From Perna viridis (Eukaryota), in contig CM074516.1 of NCBI GenBank assembly GCA_037379345.1, forward strand, positions 28,830,001 through 28,894,000: 64,000 bases of DNA, given 5' to 3'. Position 1 is the first letter of the stretch; every line of letters begins with the position of its first letter. The translations under genes and the position numbers were made by a program. The notes beneath the pieces are model-generated. The model saw only the letters and a program-made list of their open reading frames with translations. It was not told where the DNA came from and ran no database searches. Shown piece after piece: positions 1 to 10,864 of the stretch.

Positions 1-2309
1 TGGTAAATCAGATTGATACAAAACTTGATATAAATGGGGATTTACGTAACGTTCCTACAGATAGGACTGAGTCAGCTATTGAGCTATTACAGTAATTAAC
101 ACATAATCGGCTTTATATTAGAAGATTACGGACTTCCCGGCTTAACTTGTTTTGGTGTAATTTCATTTACCGAGGTTTGTACTATAGCCATAAAAACTTC
201 TTATATCAACTAAGGGAATTTTGTACGCAGACAGCTTCGAATTCGTGCCAATGGCTCGGTCCGTTTTAATCTTACGATCTGTGAACTTCTTTCCAGTCAA
301 AAGTCAGAATATTTCATTCAACATTTTACGTCAAGTCTGTCCAATAGAAAGGTTTGGAGGCCAAAACATGTTGGCCTGGCCCTTTCAAGCCCATAAGCTA
401 AATTCGTGAAGGCGTCAAGAAACAGCATACCCTGTTAAACCATAACCATATTGATCAGAATACAGATGTTGATTTACATCTATCTAATAGATTAGCAGCA
501 TTTCAAAGTACATGATATCTGTTGGCCGCGAGTAGTCGGTAAAACATTGCACATAGTAAAGCTAAATTCTTCTGACGAATTATACAAATTAATATATGAA
601 AAATCATATCCTTTTCTCAACTGTTCTTTTTATGACTTCCCTAAATTTTATATCGATTATTTCATTCCAAACTATAGGAATTAAAACTATACCCGGTACC
701 TGAAATATGACATTGATATATATTTCTTAAATAGCCAAAACTACAAAAAGGGAATAGCTGAATCATGAAACAATCTTTTATTCATGGTCCATTTTGCTAA
801 TGATATACCAGCTGCTTGATGACAAACGGAACCGGAAATTGAACTTCAAAGTAACGACCCCTGCAGGCCGCCAATGTGAAGAGCATGGGCATATATCTTA
901 TGTGTCTGTCTAATGAGCAGAAAATTAGATTTTAAAAGGTTCGAATCTAAACGTTCTTCTTCTGGACATAAGGCTATTGTCGCCACTGATTCCAAAGCCT
1001 TCGTGAAATCCATTTTAATGCTTGAATTTGGCAGAGAATCGTAGGTCAAGGACTTTAGGGGTTCTTTGTCTAGCTTGTTTTTCCTTATGCATTTTTGCAT
1101 GGTCATTTAGGTACAAGCTATAAACATTCTAGTCCGCTTCAAAAGTGCAAAGAGGCATTGCAAATGGCAATAAACAATGTATATAATGTCTATAAAGTCA
1201 TTTTAACGCTTTTAAGGAGGAAAAGCAAATTTTCCAAAAAATCTACAATGTTTTCTGCCAGACAATTAGTTCAAAAATTAAAAACAACAGATAAATCGTT
1301 TTTTTCCCTTTATTTTAAGTGAGAGGAAAATTATTAGCTTTATTGTTTTATGCATTTCATTGTAAGTTTTGTTGTAAGTATCCTGGCTAAATAATTGGGA
1401 GTTCAGTTGGAGATGTTAGCTTCAGCACTGGAGCTGTTTTGTAACAAGTTTGTTAAATAATATATATTTTTTTAAAGAACAATATAAGGTCATCCTACAT
1501 GCTCCGCTTTTTGTGTTAACTTCGACACGCTTTTAACTCAAAATATACATGTGCATAACCCTCAATATCCCCACCCCATGTTACACATAGGTGTTTCCCA
1601 ACGCATTTCTCTTGTTCATTATTACAATTATACTAGTGTTTAATATCAAGGGAACATTCATCGCATTGTATGAACAATATAGTTTGAAATAAAGACAGGA
1701 CTTGGTTAAAATTGGATGAGAAGTTCGGCAAAATCGACTGCAAAATAACCCTAAAGCCCTTTAAATTATTGCAGTGGAAATTCACACAGCGATGTGACTT
1801 TTTAGAGCTAATTCCTTCCGTGTGTATATACTGATAATATGCCAAGGAATATATGTGTATGCGACTAGTTGGTTATGAACATTTTCAGTATTGTCATGTA
1901 AAACAGAAACATCGTATGAAATGTAGGTCCATGTTGTAAAAAAATTTGCATGCGTTAATATTTCGAAAATGTATATTTTTTTCAGTGGGCTAATACCATA
2001 ATTCTGCAATAAATCTCTATACATATAGTGAATTCTATAATAACTCATTGTAAACTTGAACATATGGGTTCAGTGCAATTTTTTGTCGTACAAATGAATT
2101 AAGTTTTTTGCTACGATTGTTAATGTGATTTTCATCTTATAATCAACACTATTTTGCTTTAAAATGTGATAGTGTGTCTCTATCCTTGAATTATGAAGCG
2201 AATTCCAAGTGTTATAAAGGTATGGGTTCAGCGAATTTCGACTAAACCTTGGTTAGGCAGTGTCATAATAATTATTACTCCTAGTAATTTTTTCCAACTG
2301 TACACCCAT

Positions 2310-2351
2310 TAAAGTAAACAAAGAAATGTCAATTTTCAATCTGATTTTATT
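2310..2351 (-). terminator. Candidate distal polyadenylation signal of cyclin D, implying a ~2 kb 3' UTR (~2330-4300)
   Basis: AATAAA on the minus strand at 2351-2346, followed ~20 nt later by a U/GU-rich tract (tttctttgtttacttt). Other AATAAA hexamers occur near 2850 and 3755, so the site used is uncertain. Confidence 0.45.
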
Positions 2352-4300
2352 ACATCTCTGTACTCATCAGAATTGTAAAATTCACAGCAGAAAGAAACAC
2401 CATACATCGCTTTTCCCATTATTCTTTCACACACTCTTACCATCCTTTTGTCTTATGTACATTTTACTGGCTCTAACCTTTGACCTACTATAGCACACAA
2501 GTACTGAACATGATGTAGTTCTGAACTCCAGTATTGTACATTATAATATAAAACAGTGACTTATAATTCGAAAGTATGTCAGCTTAACAAAAACTGAACT
2601 CGAAAACAATAAATTAAGACTACTCATGCAAGATCACTCTGTCAAAAGCATATATTTGGCCACTTCACAGGTAGAAAAGATAGGTTTGGTTTTGATTCAA
2701 GTACAAATGCACTTTGAGAAAGATGAGAAATTTTGTTAGAATAAAAGTTTTTACCTCTGACCAAATAATTTGCTTAAGACACCTTCAGCTAACTCACTAG
2801 TCACTTAGTTTTCATAAATAAGTCACGCTGGGCATATTTCATTTTCTCCTTTTATTAAATAACAAATTTCATTCATCATTTTTACACATGATTCACAAAG
2901 TCCTTGGTATACATTATCACAGTTAAATTATTGTACTTCATGAAAGACTAACTCCTATTGCCTTGTTTACTTCTTAATACTGCCCTTACTTGGCGGATAT
3001 CAGATCTTGTCCAATTTATGAGATGCCTATGAGTACAAAGTGTGCACCCAAACTGCCCTATTTGAAATCACAAAATATGACAACTTATCTGACATCTTTT
3101 TGTTCAGAAAAGTTAACAAAATTCATTCAAGAAAATAAAATACATTTTTTACAATTATTTATCACATGCATTTAAATTAAGTATTCCTTGCATTGAAATT
3201 CCTTCCATAGTTTGAGAGGTAGAAAAGATATTTTCATATAGTTCAAGATCAGAAACACTTGTTCTGCAAAGAGGTAGGTGAATTATAAATCTACCATTTA
3301 GGTTCACTTAATCAAATAATAACAAGAAAAACATAAATTGGTCCCTGTTATAGAGCAAAAATAATTTATATTGGCTTATCCATGATGTTTTACCTTGTAT
3401 TTCCTTCTGCAGTATATTTTAGACAAAGTATTATAAAAATGGCACTGATAAACAGTTGAGAATTTCTTTTAGAGACATCATAATGACAAAAGAATAAATA
3501 AATAAAATATCATTTCAACTTTGTTGAAACAGTTAAACTTAATGATTTTGAACACATCAGTATTTTGTGACTAAAGCACACTAAAGATGATTTTGAATAA
3601 ATAAAATGATCTTTCTACACTAAAATGTTTGCTACTTTCGTTTAAGTATTGTATTTAAGACCCTCTCTATTTCTTTTCTACAAAGGGCAGATAACCCCTG
3701 CGTCTACGTCGTATTTTTTCTAACCACAATCCAGCAATGACTATGCATCATCGTTTTATTCCTAATTCTTTCCAATTTTTATAGCACTATGAAAACTAAG
3801 GAATAAAACTTTACATAAATCACCACACATATTGTGAAAAAATATATAAAAAAATTCTTCAGTGCATATCGTGTTTCGTAAGCACCATTTAAGACAAATG
3901 ATCATGTATGCTTTGTGTCGATGAGGATGCATTTGAACATATACGTGGATTGTGATATAAAACATGAATTCAATAACATTATAATGGTTTTAACAATTTA
4001 AAAAAAAACATCATTAACAACAAAAACGTCAACAAACATCCTTTCCATCATATCAGAGATAACCAGACAATTTGCCCACTGAAACCGAAAAATTTTAAGA
4101 AAAGTTTTTGAACACATTAAACTCGAATTTCAGTAGGTAAATCATCCATAAACCCGATTTGAAATGAACTTAATCGTTCTTCTTCCGATATGGCAAAAGG
4201 CGAACCCAAACATATATAAATCTCTTATAAAAAGTTCATCTTAAATGCAGAATTGGCAGCGTTTGGATAAGTAAAAGTTCAGAATTTCTTAAATTGTTTT

Positions 4301-4480
4301 TTAGAAAACAATATCTTGAACATCTGTAGGTGTGGTGGGTTGGCCTTCTATGTGGTCTCTAGTGTTCGGGTGGCAGTCTGTTTTTGATGAAGAAGGAGTT
4401 TCAGGCACTGAGTTTTCGACATTCGACAAGTTCGATGCTAATGTTTGTTCAATTTGTTCTTGACACGATCGTAAACAGTC
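4301..4480 (-). CDS. CycD: cyclin D coding exon 5 (180 nt including stop; not in the ORF track)
   Basis: Acceptor ttttcAG at 4482-4481; [59 protein letters not shown], then TAA at 4303-4301. DCLRxCQEQIE and TPTDV are D-cyclin hallmarks. Confidence 0.95.
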   Translation of the reverse strand, partial: DCLRSCQEQIEQTLASNLSNVENSVPETPSSSKTDCHPNTRDHIEGQPTTPTDVQDIVF

Positions 4481-7400
4481 CTGAAAAGAAAAAAAGATAC
4501 ATTTATTAAAACACGAATGACATAACTGATCACTTACATTGAAATTATGATTACAGTAGCTCTATCTTAATTATGAATATTAATGTTTATGACAGCTTAA
4601 TTGGTTGAGCATTTTGTGTCTTTCGAATAAATGCTCGTATCAACTCAACGGGTGTCAATCTTCACAGAAAAGCTCTGTAATAATTTAAGATAAAGAAACG
4701 ACGGGGGTGTGGGGGACAAACGCTATTAAAACAAACCCCTTATCTTTACCTATTGCGTCCAATTTAATTAATCGACCTATACAAAAACCAGATTTACGCA
4801 ACACAGGTGTTAAATGCCCAAAACTATAAAATCTTTCAATAAGTTCTCAAGCCGTGTCGGCTGACCCAAGCCAAAGACATTGAAGGCCAGGACTAATCCG
4901 ACCATATCCCATAATCTTAAATAGTAACGAAATTTCATTAATAAAGATAAAGGTCACTTACGATATCAATTCCTAATATTTGGTGAAGATTTCCCAAGAG
5001 TTTATGACTTGATGTTTTCAAAAGACCATGTGCTGCTGCGCCAAGACTTCCGGCAGCTATCATGGAAGGAGGGTACATCATAAATTTACAATCTGAAAAA
5101 AAAAAAACAAAACAAAATCAACATTTTAATAATTATCTGCATTGATAACGAAAATTCTTAAGTATTATTGAACTGTAATGAATTATGTGTTTGATATATA
5201 TATATTCTACAAGGTTAACAGAGCTATCGGCATACATTAGTCTAAATGAGTTCCTTCTAATGCTGAATGAATACGTGTATTAGTTGATATACATTGAAAC
5301 TCAAAAGATACATTTAAATATTTAGTATAAAGGACTTGATTGATTTACCTTTAGAGCACAAGGCTATGAAGATCTGTGCGTGACGTTTTATTGAAGTTCG
5401 GACTTCGTTTTCCATCGGAATTCGACTCAGAATCTGTTCTAGAAAGTCGTGTGGTGTTATAGCAGATAAGTCCCATTTCAATTTGTTCAAAACTAACATT
5501 TCCATTGTCTGTAAATGAAAGAAAAAAACGAATGAGGAAACTTCATCATCAAAAACAATAAAATAGTTCAGAATGTGAGGAATGTATTTACTTGTACATG
5601 ATATACATATTACCCAGAGGCAAATATATGGTTAATCTTAGGTGAAATCACGTAACTTTAGCGTTCGTAAGGGAAACAGTTTAAAAAAAAACACGAAAAA
5701 TAAATAGTCATAAAACAACAATAAGTACTTACAGTTCATAAATTTAAGGATTTTTGTAAACTTTTGTCGGGGTCAATATTGTAAGTCATAAATGGTATGA
5801 CTTCTACCGACTGATGGACATTTCCAATGAGATATTTCTAAACAACGGCTATCAGAGCCGTTTGACCATTCTAACTTCAGTGTAAAATTACATCAATGTG
5901 ATATCGGACTTCAAACCCATTCAACTGATTTTATACACGTAGAGTTTAAAATGTGTGAAGATAAATACAAGAAGCTTTAAATTTTAAACATACCATAAGA
6001 TCTTCCAGTGTAACTGAGTTATCTGTATAAACCACGAGTTTTTCAGCTGTTAAAGGGTTAGTCTCTTTAAGTTTAGAAGCGAGAAACATTGCCACTGCTC
6101 CTAAGAGTTGAAGTCTTGTTCGCGGTATATCGACAACAGAGAGAAATCTGTCAATATAGTTCATTGCTAAAGGAAAGACTTCCTCCTCACATTGTTGCTC
6201 CTCGCAAACCTGGAAAAAGAATATTTTTTAAGAAATCTTTTTGCAACTACGCAACTGGCCTTCTGTATAACATGTAGTTAACAATGTTAAACCTAAGTTG
6301 AATGACCTTGACAAACTATCCCTGGAACTAAGTTCCGACAGTCCGGTCGCCGGTTTGAACGCGACTATTCCAACTGACAAGTTCAGAAAACTAAATAAAT
6401 TTCTTCACAAAGTTAATTTTGGGAAATGTGCACTTAATTAAAATTTTACACCACTAGTGACGTTTCTCAACTTCATTAGGCTAACCACCTATGTTATTTA
6501 AAAAAGTCTTTTTTTTTAATTCTTAGTTAACTTTATTTTTCTTTTCATAATCTTTTTTTCTATAAATCGAAAAAAAGTGATCGCCAAATATTGGGATTGT
6601 CTCCTTTACTTTATCAAAAAGAATTTCTTCTCTGATTCAAAACCATCGGATGTATACACACGAGCCCCCTTCGCAAGTGTTGAAATTTGCCTGCAGACTT
6701 GCATTTAGCAAGGTTGCCGACGTTAAATACTGTCTTCCTGAATATTACATGATTCAATGAACGAAATTAAATAAAAATGATAAAATAATTCAAGAAAAAT
6801 TCAGATTGGATGAAGGCAACCCATGTGCTTAACTAACACTGCGCAGAATCAAATACCAAAAGCGATGTCACCCATCCATGTACTGTTCATACGTTAACAC
6901 AGAAAACACGAAAAAAATTAAAATAAAATACTTTACAGCAATAAAACCAGTTAAAATGACAGTAAAAATGGTCAATGCATTTTTCTAAATCAAAATTTGA
7001 AGTTTGAATGAATGAAAATAAAAAGTTATAAAGCTTTAAAGGACAATATTGGCCATACCGTCATCAAATTTCCCGACAAAAATGTTGACGCAGAGAATTT
7101 ATCTTAAATCCAAATAACGAGAGGAAACGGCTAAATTTTTTTACAGAAGTATTCAGTTAACCCTGCGCCAGGTCATGTTAGCCATGTCGTGCAAGTTTTT
7201 TAAATGATTTGAACGATATTAAATAAAGAATGCAAGGGGTGTCAAGTGTAAGGCGACACACCGCCATTTTGTAACTTACATTCCACAACCGGCTTTTTCG
7301 CACATTAAAATAAAGAACAATTGAGCGAATAGTAAAGGATTTATAAGAAAGTAATACAAAAATAAATCAGGTTCCTTAATGACTGAGTTTTTAATATGCA

Positions 7401-7720
7401 ATGATTTTTTTACCATTTTTACACCGATCGACGTGTCACAGTTGCACCTCGTGGGTGCAGCATAGAACAGAAGATAAATTTAGACATTTCAGGGAATAAA
7501 GTCAATATAATCAAGTAAAATTTACCTCCAACATCCATTCTGCAACCATTTTCCGCATGTACGGCTTAATGTCTGTTTGAACACATTTGAAATAGCTTGA
7601 AGTTGGTTGATATTTGTCCTCAGTAGCAAGTAAATTGTGCAAAACTCGGTCATCTTTCAAAAGCACTGGATCTTCGTATGCCCTTCTCAAAGAAGCTGTT
7701 TCACAACACATCAAATCCAT
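4301..7720 (-). CDS. CycD: G1/S-specific cyclin D (cyclin D2-like); spliced CDS of 5 exons, 882 nt, 293 aa
   Basis: Exons 7720-7526, 6209-5994, 5508-5349, 5092-4962 and 4480-4301 join in frame across GT-AG introns (phases 0,0,1,0). The protein starts MDLMCCE (LxCxE Rb-binding motif), has the cyclin box [35 protein letters not shown]...[18 protein letters not shown], and ends [13 protein letters not shown]. Start context is ACCATGG. Confidence 0.97.
4962..5092 (-). CDS. CycD: cyclin D coding exon 4 (131 nt; not in the ORF track)
   Basis: Acceptor ttttcAG at 5094-5093; (D)[43 protein letters not shown], containing the cyclin D YPPSMIA motif; donor GTAAGT at 4961. Confidence 0.95.
5349..5508 (-). 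CDS. CycD: cyclin D coding exon 3 (160 nt)
   Basis: Acceptor tttacAG at 5510-5509; [53 protein letters not shown] plus 1 nt; donor GTAAAT at 5348. Confidence 0.95.
5994..6209 (-). CDS. CycD: cyclin D coding exon 2 (216 nt)
   Basis: Acceptor tctttttccAG at 6211-6210; [72 protein letters not shown]; donor GTATGT at 5993. Confidence 0.96.
7526..7720 (-). CDS. CycD: cyclin D coding exon 1 (195 nt)
   Basis: [65 protein letters not shown], followed by donor GTAAAT at 7525. Confidence 0.96.
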
Positions 7721-7884
7721 GGTTAATGCAGTCACTGAGATTTTGCAATCTAAGAACACAATTTCGCACTGATAAATAAATATGATATAAATAAAAGAAA
7801 AATCCTTAAATGAAAAAATGAATTGCCACAATGTCCAAGTCCTACGTTATTTGGCCGGAATGTAGCACTGAGACGACTGTTATC

Positions 7885-8050
7885 AATGAATGAATGAGTA
7901 TGAATGTTCAGCTCCCTTTTATGCTCACGGTGCTCAATCCAATGACTGAGGGGAGCTGTATATATACCACCCTCGTCTATTCAGTGACTGTGAGAACAAT
8001 TCAATAGCGAAGATATTTGTTTCTGTCATTTTATACGCATGCGCAACCAG
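7885..8050 (-). promoter_or_regulatory. Probable cyclin D core/proximal promoter
   Basis: Minus-strand CATAAAAG (7923-7916) lies 28-32 nt upstream of tandem Inr-like TCATTC motifs (~7897-7888). CCAAT at 7939-7943, TATATATA near 7959-7966, NRF1-like CGCATGCGCA at 8036-8045. No upstream ATG between the putative TSS and 7720. Confidence 0.55.
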
Positions 8051-10299
8051 GTAACCCTAAGGAGAATATGTACTTAGAACTCCTTTAACAAGACTTTTCG
8101 GAAATAATTCGAAAACTCGTGAAATAATTTATATCAAGTTAGATTTTAAAATATTTTTTAAATGTCTTCAACACAATTTAAACATTTTTTGACACGCGCT
8201 AATTGCAAAAATTAACTTTCTTACTGAGATTTATGAACCTATGAATATTAATGAGATGACTGTGATTGACAGGTGGGCAGAAGGGACCGCCTCAACAGCT
8301 GTAATTTCATTTTCTTTGTTCAGGGTTGCAATGTTTTATTATGTGAATTTTTACAAAACAGGAGGCTTCTTCCTTAAGCGTTTTCAGCCAAAATTACTTT
8401 AAGATATAGTTTTTTTTCAATAACTAATCTTTTTCTTTTCTACAAGAATTGTTAAAATTTTCTGAGTAACATACATTTAAAAAAAAATAAATTAATGCAA
8501 TTTTTACCAGTAAATAAATGCAAATGAAATATTTTTTCTTTGTTAAAAAGAAAATTATTAAGTAACTTTAATGTTACCTCGTTGTACTTCTATTTTTAGA
8601 AAAAACATATGAGGAAAAAATTCCTCTACAGCTCTTACTGAGAGCTTTCTTATTGGGTGGATGGATCTACCTACCACGCCTACATCGATTCGCGTGCCGG
8701 TATATTTTTCGCTATACGATTATGCAAGATTATATAGAATCAGATATTATCTATTACTTTCGGCTGTAGGGCATACCACTTCTTAAAAGCAGTGCTTATT
8801 AAATGATACGCAACTATAATAAAATTAACGAGTGAAAATGATAAAATACGTAATTTTATTCAATTGTATTTTAACGAAGAGTGTCAAAACAATTATCAAT
8901 TCTAATAATTGGTGTTAAAAGTTTCCTTTTATATCTAAAGTTAATCAAAGCGTCTCCTATATGCCTTTTACTTTTTGGTGAAATGTGTAAAGAAATTTCC
9001 AAAATTTCAGATATAGAACTACGGATATTTCCAGTTAATAATTAAGAAAGTACATGAGTGTTCAGGAAAATTACCCTATGAATTACAAGGACTCCGTATA
9101 GTACAGTCACTGCCAGTTGGTATGACTTTCAAACGTTAATGAATTTATCTCTTAGATGAAGTTTTTACAATCACTATTAAGAAGATGTCGGATTAGTCTT
9201 CCAGTCCACACCTATCACCATTGATCGAATGGCTACATAAACAGTGATGATGTATAATGCGTTTATTTAGGTGTCTCTTGAAAAAAGATCGACAACCGTA
9301 CAGGAATTTGTAAGGATCAGTGGGAAAAAAGGATACATACAACATTATATGAACCGTCCGATATTTTAACAAAATAAATACATGTTTCACAAGTTCATGT
9401 TATAAGGGAGATAAATCCAATTTCTATTTTATATGTTGCCAAGCGACAGTTATATACCCTGATAAACAAACAAAAATGGAATTTTTATAGAAAGTTTTTT
9501 TTTAATTATACCACAATAAAATAAAAGTACTCCCTGTTTTTTTTCACTTTACTGACACAAATCTACTTAATTCAATTAGAGCACGTGTCTATTGTTCAAA
9601 GCTACTCGACCAAATTCATAGTATACAAAAATAACCCATTATATGAAAGGTTTGAAACATATTAATTACATTTCTGGTATTATTGTTTTTTATTGTTGTG
9701 ATCTTGTCAATGCCCTAACCCGTGACTTGTACTCTTTTTTATAGATTTCCCTAAAGGAAATTTTATCTATTTTCGAATTCTATCTCCCGCGATGAAAACT
9801 TATTCATGGGCCTTCTTAAAGAATGAAATTTGAATAAATTTCCTTTTATTAGTGTTAAAAGTGAAACTTTATAGTTGACAAGAAATGACAAGCAATGTTC
9901 TTGTATACCAAAAGTTTCTTTTATCTACAAATAAAAACAGAAGTTATATTTAGCTCATTCAGTTAATTACATATGCACTATTTATGCACATTGACTGAGA
10001 CCTATATATGTTACTATTGACAATCATTGAAATCTGTCAATGCAAAAAACACATTTCGAGAAAAAGGTGTACCAAAGATGTTTTGGTTGCTTCAGTTTAA
10101 AGTATGCCCAAAACTACAACGATATCATTGTGGAGAAACTGGAAATGCGTCAAAGATACCCTACCAAACAGTGAAAAGCACATACCATAGGATTTTAATG
10201 AACGATGAAAAATGCATTGGCCCCTGAAACGAACAAATACATCGTTTTCACCGAAATGGTTATTACACTATCAATACCTTAAACGATTCAAAATCACAC

Positions 10300-10552
10300 A
10301 AGATTAACTGGGGAAGAATTAGCATAGCTCACTTGTTGATATTCCCGCCATGAAAAAGTACAGGTAACACTAAAATGCACTCCAATGAAAAAGAAATAAG
10401 AGGTGCACAATGGCATCATATGATAAAGAATGTGTTAAAGTTTTATCGAATTCCACTCAGCGGTTTTAGAGGAGTTGGGAAATAGTACTGAGGACGGACG
10501 TACGGACGGACAGCATGGTCACTATAAACCCCTACGTAATTAAGACGAGAGG
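10300..10552 (+). mobile_element. Degenerate Helentron-associated (HINE/DINE-1-like) non-autonomous element fragment
   Basis: Core GCGGTTTTAGAGGAGTTG followed by a GGAC microsatellite (10492-10512) and a short terminal stem; similar to the 51.2-51.6 kb element. Boundaries approximate. Confidence 0.5.
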
Positions 10553-10648
10553 TCTTCAACATTTCATATGTACATGTATATGTACGGATCTACGGAACAC
10601 TTTTTGAAATAAGAGGTTCCAGAAAGCTGATAACACAAACAATATTCA

Positions 10649-10864
10649 AAGTCTAAAGGAATCTGCCAACCACCAAACTTAATGGGTATCAGATCGTCCA
10701 GTCATGACGATGCAGCACACCCAAAAAAATATAAAAGTCTAAAGGATTGTACAACGATACCGAAAATGTTAATGGGCAAAATTTTCAGTCAACAAATGAC
10801 CTTCTTCAGTGCCTTTAATAATCGGTATCGTTGTACAATCCTTTAGACTTATATATATATATAT
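10649..10864 (-). mobile_element. Penelope-like element terminal (pLTR) remnant: hammerhead inside a 29 bp inverted repeat, next to (TA)n
   Basis: Perfect inverted repeat at 10735-10763 / 10822-10850 encloses the hammerhead. A second related tail (CCCATTAA...TCCTTTAGACTT on the minus strand) lies at 10649-10722, and a TA run at 10850-10864. Confidence 0.5.
10772..10818 (-). ncRNA. Minimal type I hammerhead ribozyme motif (Penelope-like element type)
   Basis: Minus strand reads GGCA-CTGAAGA-A-GGTCA-tttgt-TGACT-GAAA-A-TT-T-TGCC: stem I GGCA/TGCC, CUGANGA core, 5 bp stem II, GAAA, and a palindromic minimal stem III. Confidence 0.65.

Noticed and set aside
846-1322. ORFs near the window start
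   Set aside because: No recognisable motif; cannot be supported as exons.
7721-7831. 37-codon N-terminal extension of cyclin D exon 1 in the ORF track
   Set aside because: It starts at TTG, not ATG, and is low-complexity. The ATG at 7720 has a strong ACCATGG context and gives the conserved MDLxCCE start.
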